Assembly (NCBI GenBank): GCA_964645535.1
Contig: CAZYCQ010000009.1
Span: 1-64,000 of the forward strand
Direction of reading: 5' to 3'
DNA length: 64,000 bases
DNA from: an uncultured archaeon
Lineage (GTDB): Archaea > Asgardarchaeota > Heimdallarchaeia > Heimdallarchaeales > Kariarchaeaceae
Positions 57,617 through 64,000 of the stretch are shown in pieces. How positions within the stretch are numbered: the first letter of the stretch is position 1; each line of letters begins with the position of its first letter. Both the position numbers and the translations under genes were made by a program. The notes beneath the pieces were generated by a model that had not been told where the DNA came from, made no database searches, and worked only from the letters and a program-made list of their open reading frames with translations.

Positions 57617-58546
57617 TTATTTGGCATAAAGTGTTGATTTTTCAAAAGAGAAGTCTTGGGGTACGATGACCTGGAGGACATCCTTTTCGAGCTCCAATGT
57701 GACTGGCGTGATTCCTTTTAATTCCCCTTCAGATTCCACCAAGGTTGGTATTTCTGCATCAATTGTGACCTTGTTGCCCCATCCCATCCAAATATAATCT
57801 AATCCTATGTGTTTGGCTTTTGGAACCAAAGTCAAGGCCTTCAGGGCTTGCAGTTTGCTTGCTCCATGGAGGACTGCTATATTGATCCGATCTGAATTGA
57901 ACCTAACCTCTGGAAGTATACGCATTCCTGAACCAAAGGTTTGGCCTAGCCCTGCCGCCAGAATCCTTGACTTGAATCGGTATTCTTTTTCATCAATGGT
58001 TACAATCAGTTCCCTTGGTTTGTACTTCATGAATTCCGATATGGCAAGAAGATAATATTTCATTAGGCCTGGAAGCCATTTCAACTTGGTTTGGCTGGCT
58101 TTGACAACTTTTGCCCCCCATCCCACGTCCGTCACGTTAATTGAATAATAGGACTTGCTTTCAAGATCCACTCTGACGGCATTAATTGAAACTGTTTTTC
58201 CTTCGATGAAAATATCAATGGCTTTATCGACATTCGTAGGGATGTTCAGGGCACTGGCAAAGTCATTTCCACTTCCTGAGGGGATTAATCCCATTCGCAT
58301 CCCGTATTTGATGGCAAAATTCGCAATGTGGTGCATTGTTCCATCTCCTCCCACTGCCAACACTTCTGTGACTCCGTTCCCTTTTTCAGCAGCAATGGCT
58401 TCTTCAGCTTCATGGATTGATCTTGTTTCCCGAAAGACAAATGGTATCCTTTCACTTTCCAGTTTGGTAATTGCCTTCATTGCATTTTTTTTGCTTCTTC
58501 CTGCTCTTGCATTTGGATTATAGAGAACCAGAACTTTACGATCCAC
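57617..58546 (-). CDS. Diacylglycerol/lipid kinase family (YegS/DAGK)
   Basis: NPNA, VGGDGT, IPSGSGNDFA, FGSGM.I.P, EGE. Confidence 0.92.
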   Translation of the reverse strand: MDRKVLVLYNPNARAGRSKKNAMKAITKLESERIPFVFRETRSIHEAEEAIAAEKGNGVTEVLAVGGDGTMHHIANFAIKYGMRMGLIPSGSGNDFASALNIPTNVDKAIDIFIEGKTVSINAVRVDLESKSYYSINVTDVGWGAKVVKASQTKLKWLPGLMKYYLLAISEFMKYKPRELIVTIDEKEYRFKSRILAAGLGQTFGSGMRILPEVRFNSDRINIAVLHGASKLQALKALTLVPKAKHIGLDYIWMGWGNKVTIDAEIPTLVESEGELKGITPVTLELEKDVLQVIVPQDFSFEKSTLYAK

Positions 58547-58586
58547 TTGTCCTCATTCTTTCGCTGTTTGATGAATATTATGGAAG

Positions 58587-59039
58587 TTAAGCCAAAGCAT
58601 TCCACCTATTGGTTGATTTAGTTATCAACTGAATGGCTTCATTAAGATCATTTATGGTGATCTGGGCTTTGAATTCTGGAGTAAGGAAAAACGTTCTCCG
58701 AAGACAAATTTTTCCAGATATTCCTTTTTTTAGAACTCTGAAGACTTCCGCTAATCTTTCATTTTTGTCCTTGATTACGCGAAAAGGTAGTTCAAGCTCT
58801 TTTATTGCTTGTGGGATGTCTTCAAGTGTTACTGCGACAAGATCATAATTGTTTTGCACGATGGATGCATAGGAATTTCTCATATCTTCCAATTGGAATT
58901 TGGATACAGGTGTGTCAATATGTGGAAAGAAAGTTACAAAAACTCCCTGACGCCCCTGCATTATCTCGTCAATGGGTTTCAAATCCACACCCTTCAGATC
59001 AATCTGGATTTGATTGCCCATCTCAACTTGTCCTTCCAC
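58587..59039 (-). CDS. BCP/peroxiredoxin-fold protein lacking the peroxidatic Cys
   Basis: FFPHIDTPVS (canonical FYPxxxTPxC), LPF.VI.D...LA..F.V, RRTF. Confidence 0.65.
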   Translation of the reverse strand: MEGQVEMGNQIQIDLKGVDLKPIDEIMQGRQGVFVTFFPHIDTPVSKFQLEDMRNSYASIVQNNYDLVAVTLEDIPQAIKELELPFRVIKDKNERLAEVFRVLKKGISGKICLRRTFFLTPEFKAQITINDLNEAIQLITKSTNRWNALA

Positions 59040-59133
59040 AATATTTATTCCTTAACCTTGCTTTTAAGGAATCAGATTTGTTCTAGCGTATTTTCCCTCC
59101 CATTGTCAACATTTGGTGCATGTTCCTCTTTTT

Positions 59134-59829
59134 TCAGGTGAGGGGAAGCGTTTTTGGTGCCTTGAATGATCTCAGGATTACTCTGAATGCTTCGGCATAT
59201 TCCACATTTGCAATTCTTCCATAGGTTTTCATCATGGTTTCCTTGAATTCCTTGACTGGCCATGTTCCATAGGCTTCCTGATAGATTTCAATAAATTTGT
59301 AGATTGTTTTTACCTTGTCTGTCACATCCACGTAAACCATATGAGTCCATGGATCATTTGCCGGATCATGATACTGGAACAACGACATCTGTTCTCGCCA
59401 TGGTTCATATGGAGAATCTTCTTTTCGGTATCTTGCATAATGCATCGCGTCATAGACCAATTTTGAACAGGCTCGATGGTCGGGATGTCCCGAACCATAT
59501 CGTTCTGGAAGATTCCAAGTGATGATACCATGGGGACGAATTTCCTTGATTTTTTCCGCGATTTCATATGCTCCATTGACACTTACTTCAACCCTTGAAT
59601 CTGGGAAATCCATAAAATGTACCTTTACCCCCAAAAGGTCTTCTATCTTTTTCGTATGTTCAATTCTCTTCCGTGCACGATCTTCTGCGGTTCCTCCAAG
59701 AAATGAAGAGTTCTCTCCTTTTGTGAGGAACATGAGATGCACTTGGTCTCCACTTTCAACATGGTTTAGTAGAGTTCCTGCACATCCCAATTCATCATCT
59801 GGATGTGCAAAAATGGCTAAGAGGTTCAT
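59134..59829 (-). CDS. PIG-L/LmbE family deacetylase (BshB-like)
   Basis: AHPDDE, LTKGE, HPDH, YAEAF. Confidence 0.92.
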   Translation of the reverse strand: MNLLAIFAHPDDELGCAGTLLNHVESGDQVHLMFLTKGENSSFLGGTAEDRARKRIEHTKKIEDLLGVKVHFMDFPDSRVEVSVNGAYEIAEKIKEIRPHGIITWNLPERYGSGHPDHRACSKLVYDAMHYARYRKEDSPYEPWREQMSLFQYHDPANDPWTHMVYVDVTDKVKTIYKFIEIYQEAYGTWPVKEFKETMMKTYGRIANVEYAEAFRVILRSFKAPKTLPLT

Positions 59830-59892
59830 AGGGTATCTTTCATATTCCCATTAATTGTGTTGCGATGTTCCTAAGGTTGGGATGGTGTTTGT

Positions 59893-60039
59893 TTACTTGG
59901 GTGCAGTACCCAATCTGGAACAACGCTGACAGATTCCTTGTATGAACCGCGCACAGACGTTGCAATAGGACGCACCACAAACTCTGCATCTTTTGACCGC
60001 TTGCCTAATTCTACACTCTGAACAAGTATTGTAATGCAT
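59893..60039 (-). CDS. 48-aa zinc-finger microprotein with four CxxC motifs (not in ORF track)
   Basis: Read by hand: MHYNTCSECRIRQAVKRCRVCGASYCNVCARFIQGICQRCSRLGTAPK; lies between two same-strand genes. Confidence 0.75.
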   Translation of the reverse strand: MHYNTCSECRIRQAVKRCRVCGASYCNVCARFIQGICQRCSRLGTAPK

Positions 60040-60083
60040 GATTACTAGTATTGTGTTTTATTGCTTATCAATATTGGCTATGA

Positions 60084-60749
60084 TCAAAGATTACTGGCAA
60101 GGAAATTGGCAATGTCATTTGAAATCCATTTTGAGACGATATGGGGTTCTCTTCCCTGTACATTGAAATTGTGGTCTGCTCCTTTGATCAACTTCAGTTC
60201 CGCAAAGCTTGCCATCATAGCTAGCTGATTTGCAAGTCTGTCATATGTTCCCTGATTTCCTTTATCCCCTTGGCAAAACAGGACTGGACCTATGATCGCC
60301 TGTAATTCATCCATTTGTAACTTTTCTGGACGATTTGGTGGATAAAGAGGAAAACTGAGGGCAACTACTGGAGGAATCTCTTCCTGCATTGCAATCATTG
60401 AAGCACTTCGAATGGCTGCCTTTGCTCCTATATCATGACCTCCTATTGCCCATTTTTTGTCTGCTAGTTCGCTCTGGGAATGTACCCACTGCCATACTTT
60501 AAGAAAAACTTCCTCCTGTACGCTTGGTTTGTCTGGTATCCGTTTCTTTTTCACTTTGAAGGGCATTCGAAAAAGGAGTGTCGTTACCTTTTTTTTCTGG
60601 AGATCTTTTGCAATGTTATGAAAAATCGGCTCATCAATATCTGTACGTTCTCCATGAGTAAGGATAAGCCCCAATCTTCCATCAGCAAGGTACAACCTTC
60701 CGTTGATTTGCGGATCCTTTTCTATCTGGACTTCTGTGTATCTTTTCAC
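60084..60749 (-). CDS. Alpha/beta hydrolase-fold protein (KANSL3/Abhydrolase_11-like)
   Basis: LTHG, F.MPF, GGHDIGA elbow, LSFPLYPP, LF.QG, GADH.F. Confidence 0.75.
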   Translation of the reverse strand: MKRYTEVQIEKDPQINGRLYLADGRLGLILTHGERTDIDEPIFHNIAKDLQKKKVTTLLFRMPFKVKKKRIPDKPSVQEEVFLKVWQWVHSQSELADKKWAIGGHDIGAKAAIRSASMIAMQEEIPPVVALSFPLYPPNRPEKLQMDELQAIIGPVLFCQGDKGNQGTYDRLANQLAMMASFAELKLIKGADHNFNVQGREPHIVSKWISNDIANFLASNL

Positions 60750-60847
60750 TGATCAGGGGATGAAATAACTATATATTTCTGTTCCGAAAGGCACTTTTCA
60801 ATGAGTGGAATCTATGGATATTTGAATAGCCATATCTGTTGTTATTT

Positions 60848-61540
60848 ATGTCATTTGATTCAATTATTGCACGGTTGGAAACTTCAATTGATGCAACCGA
60901 TCGGGTAAAGGCAGCTGCTGAATTGGGTGAAGTCGGAACTCCTGAAGTTGCTCCAATACTTCTCAAGGCTGTTTGGGAGGATTCACAAAGTGGTGTCAGA
61001 CAAGCCGCAATCACTAGTTATGTGGAGGTGTTGGGTGAGGATGCCTATCCTGAACTTGAAAAGGTGATTACTTCACATTTCGATGCTTACGTACGTCTGA
61101 ATGCTATCTCGATGCTTTCAAAGCTTCCGAAAGACATGTCTCTGCAACTGCTCCAAAAAGGACTGGATTCTGATGATGATAAGGTTCGTACCCTTTCAAT
61201 CCGAGAATTGTATTTGATTGGTGCAAAAGAATTGGCGCCACGGTTTGTGGAATTACTGCGCACCGAAAGCTATCATTTGGCCAAGAGAAACTTGATAGAG
61301 GCCTTGGCAATTTGGAAGGTTAATGAAGCTAAAGACATAATCAAGCAGGTGATAAGTCAAGATTCTGACCCCGAAATTCAGGGGATAGGAGTTTTTGGAC
61401 TTGCAGCGCTTGGTGAACCAGGTGCAAAAGAAAAGCTAGAAAATATGGATATTGATCCTTTTATTAGGATAAAGTTCGACAATGAATGGTTTCGAGGGAA
61501 GGAAGGGCTACTTTCTCTCTTAAAACGCATTAATGATTGA
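60848..61540 (+). CDS. HEAT repeat protein (PBS lyase-like)
   Basis: Repeated D....VR..A...L motifs. Confidence 0.8.
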   Translation: MSFDSIIARLETSIDATDRVKAAAELGEVGTPEVAPILLKAVWEDSQSGVRQAAITSYVEVLGEDAYPELEKVITSHFDAYVRLNAISMLSKLPKDMSLQLLQKGLDSDDDKVRTLSIRELYLIGAKELAPRFVELLRTESYHLAKRNLIEALAIWKVNEAKDIIKQVISQDSDPEIQGIGVFGLAALGEPGAKEKLENMDIDPFIRIKFDNEWFRGKEGLLSLLKRIND

Positions 61541-62377
61541 TAATAGCTGGATTGCCTTACCTATAATGGAGAAACCTGCATAACCGACAATGACGATCTT
61601 GTACAACACTCCTTCTAATTTCATGCCATCTTTCATTACTCGATAGAGAAGATAATAGGAATAGGCAAAGGTAATGATAGATACAAATTGAACTGTAAAC
61701 TGGTATGCAAGGGAAGGTTGCTGTAAGACAATGACTTGTGGTGACACTAAGGTCTCAAAACTTTGTGTGCTTTGTCTGACTTCAACTAAGGTGTTGGGTT
61801 CAAATGGTAGCCATACCAATACAATAACATAGTATACAAGGTCAACCACACTTCTAAATCCATTTACGGAGGCTGCCAAAGTGAACGGATTTTTCTGTGA
61901 GATTGGGGATTGTTTTGGACGACTGATGGCTATCAGACCTGCTACAATCAATGTTCCGAGTAACCAATTCGTGACCATGGAGGAGATCATCCCCTGAATG
62001 ATGTTCCCTGTGGTCTCCACAACAAATTCTCCATCAAGGTACACTCGTGACGTTATTCTAGAAGCCACATACCCCTGAGTGAATGAAGCAATCACCATTG
62101 TTATGACAAACAGAATAACCCCATTTGGCGCATTAGGATCTTCCATAAGGGCCGTTGTCTTTTTGGGTTCGCGAACGAACAATCGTAGTGCATCAACAAG
62201 TGTCCCCCCATCCCAAACCTCTGGTTGCCGTACCATCATTGGCGTAATCGGTTGTTGGGGTGCAAATGTTGTCCAACTTGCTTGTGCCCCTTTTTCTCGC
62301 AGAATTTTTGCCCCACATTGAATACAAAAATTTACGTCGTCTTGATTTTCAGAACCACAATGTTGACAAATAGTCAT
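61520..62377 (-). CDS. Zinc-ribbon + Yip1-like multi-pass membrane protein
   Basis: CQHCGSEN....FC..CG; L...P......L start followed by about five TM helices; start moved to MTIC at 62377. Confidence 0.65.
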   Translation of the reverse strand: MTICQHCGSENQDDVNFCIQCGAKILREKGAQASWTTFAPQQPITPMMVRQPEVWDGGTLVDALRLFVREPKKTTALMEDPNAPNGVILFVITMVIASFTQGYVASRITSRVYLDGEFVVETTGNIIQGMISSMVTNWLLGTLIVAGLIAISRPKQSPISQKNPFTLAASVNGFRSVVDLVYYVIVLVWLPFEPNTLVEVRQSTQSFETLVSPQVIVLQQPSLAYQFTVQFVSIITFAYSYYLLYRVMKDGMKLEGVLYKIVIVGYAGFSIIGKAIQLLSIINAF

Positions 62378-62545
62378 TATATTGACGATGAATGTGAGAA
62401 AAATAAAGTCTTTCCATTGTATTATCTCAAAATTCAAAATCGCGTCTTTTTGTTAAAAAAGCCTTTCAGATATGAGTCGATTAGTTTAAGAATACCTTTC
62501 TTCGACAATATGATGGGCAGATTAAATCTGCTAGGAGAGAATAAC

Positions 62546-63532
62546 ATGAAAGGAAAATTCATCTTTTCAGCACTGTTCCTTGTAGCAATCATGGCAGTCA
62601 TGAGCTTCAGTGGACCAGTTTCTGCTGATGAATTGGTATCAGGCAAGACATTCGTTGTTTACAACGGCGGAGGTGTCTTTGCTCCTGAAATCAACGGATT
62701 TTACACAAACTATACGGAGGCAGGCAATACCATCATCAACGGTACCGACATGACCCTTGAAAATCTTAAGGGCAATCTGACCGCTGATGTGGATGCCCTG
62801 TTCCTTCCTGCAAACGACCTTTCTGGTGCTGATTTGAGCTTCATCAAGGAATGGTTCGACCTTGGCGGCAAGATGCTGTGGGTAGGTGGTGACAGTGACT
62901 TTGGTGGTTTCTTTATTGCTGACAACCTGAACCCTGTCCTTGAAGAGGTGGGCTCTGTCCTCAGACTGGATTCCGGTGCAGTGGACGACCCTGTCAGCAA
63001 TGACGGTGCTTCCTACCGTGTCGTCGCCAACCAATTGGGTGACGGCCCCATTGCAAGCGCCATTAAGGAACATGTTGACGGCGATTTCAAGATGCCGTTC
63101 CACGGTCCCACCTCTGTCTATTACATGAAGGATGGTGCTCCTGCCGATCTGAGGAATGCTACCCTTGACAATGTCGAAGTTGTTGTCATGGCTTCTCCTG
63201 ATTCAAAAGGAATTGATCAGGATCTGAGTGCTGGCACTGGTGACTTCTATGCAAGCATCAACGCAACTGGCGATCTTCCCTTGCTTGCAGTCGAGACAAT
63301 CGACAACAACGTGGTAGTTGTCTCTGGTGAGAGCGTCTTCAAAGACTACAAGAACATGTACGGTAACAGCTTGGAGAAATCTGGCGAGTTCCATTACGGT
63401 TCAATCGTTGTTGACACTATCATCAGCTATGTTTTCGAAAACATTGCCACTCAGAGCAAAGCTCCCATAAACTTCTTCGTTCCTGTTATTGGTTTGATTG
63501 CAGTTGCTGCCATCATCCGCAGAAGGAAATAA
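62546..63532 (+). CDS. Secreted surface protein (DUF4350/GIFT-like fold possible) with C-terminal sorting-type tail
   Basis: AGGAG SD; signal peptide; WF..GGK.LWV.GDSD.GG...N..LE.VGS.LR.D; tail KAPINFFVPVIGLIAVAAIIRRRK. Confidence 0.75.
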   Translation: MKGKFIFSALFLVAIMAVMSFSGPVSADELVSGKTFVVYNGGGVFAPEINGFYTNYTEAGNTIINGTDMTLENLKGNLTADVDALFLPANDLSGADLSFIKEWFDLGGKMLWVGGDSDFGGFFIADNLNPVLEEVGSVLRLDSGAVDDPVSNDGASYRVVANQLGDGPIASAIKEHVDGDFKMPFHGPTSVYYMKDGAPADLRNATLDNVEVVVMASPDSKGIDQDLSAGTGDFYASINATGDLPLLAVETIDNNVVVVSGESVFKDYKNMYGNSLEKSGEFHYGSIVVDTIISYVFENIATQSKAPINFFVPVIGLIAVAAIIRRRK

Positions 63533-63616
63533 ACCTAACAAATAATTAAATTTCAAACAATCATTCTTCATTCAACAATTGGAAAAACTTAGTAAAGATT
63601 ACGGAAGAAAAAAATT

Positions 63617-64000
63617 GTGGACACGGATTTTTCTTTTGAGAACCCACATGCATTGTCAATTGATGAGGTGGTTGCACAAGCCAAAGTAAATCTTCAGACG
63701 GGACTTTCCAATGAAGATGTCAACGAACGCCTTCAATTGGTTGGGAAAAATATTATTGAGGTAAAAAAGCCGGGAATCTGGACAGTTTATCTTGCCCCAT
63801 TGTTTGATACTTTGATCACTATCTATTTGGTAATGGCTGCGATCATGCTCTCATTATCCTTTGTTGTACCTGAGGTCAGAGGCCAAGTAACTTTTTGGCT
63901 TGTGGTCATTGCGCTGAACATGCTTCTTGCAATATTTCAGCAATATCGTGCACAAAAGAAAATTGAATCACTTAAAAATCTAAGTCCTCCCACCGCAAAA
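63617..64000 (+). CDS. Cation-transporting P-type ATPase, N-terminal part (runs off the window; not in ORF track)
   Basis: Read by hand: H.LS.DEV...GLS..V.ERL...G.N, two TM helices, FQQYRAQKKIESLKNLSPPTAK. Confidence 0.9.
   Translation, partial: MDTDFSFENPHALSIDEVVAQAKVNLQTGLSNEDVNERLQLVGKNIIEVKKPGIWTVYLAPLFDTLITIYLVMAAIMLSLSFVVPEVRGQVTFWLVVIALNMLLAIFQQYRAQKKIESLKNLSPPTAK

Noticed and set aside
1-64000. The many short ORFs in the track that overlap long genes on the opposite strand or in another frame
   Set aside because: They shadow well-supported CDSs and show no recognisable motifs.
1-64000. CRISPR array, rRNA, transposase, integrase or provirus
   Set aside because: No regularly spaced repeats with unique spacers, no rRNA-like segment and no mobile-element motifs other than the intein.

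Overview
Gene-dense, AT-rich archaeal chromosome segment. Split RNA polymerase A'/A'', archaeal uS12, PAN, EndoQ, a thiolase+DUF35 pair and TATA-type promoters mark it as archaeal. Several eukaryote-signature-like proteins (UEV+Vps37-like ESCRT-I subunit, degenerate Arf-like GTPase, RING-like finger, polyproline protein) point to an Asgard archaeon, probably Heimdallarchaeia (inference). About 66 CDS, one tRNA-Gly(CCC) and a 463-aa intein in RpoA'' are supported. No rRNA, CRISPR array, transposase or integrase was seen. The main theme is cell-surface protein biogenesis: (i) an archaeosortase/exosortase-family gene next to putative substrates, with about ten secreted proteins across the window sharing a non-PGF C-terminal tail (S/T-rich linker, often xP[F/Y/I], short hydrophobic helix, basic cluster); (ii) a surface protein made of three tandem domains that each end in a GPS/ZU5-like T-H-F-S autoproteolysis motif; (iii) a 38-aa ORF absent from the ORF track that aligns without gaps to eukaryotic oligosaccharyltransferase subunit OST4. 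Several apparent pseudo-enzymes also occur. All calls come from motif recognition by eye; no database search was run.
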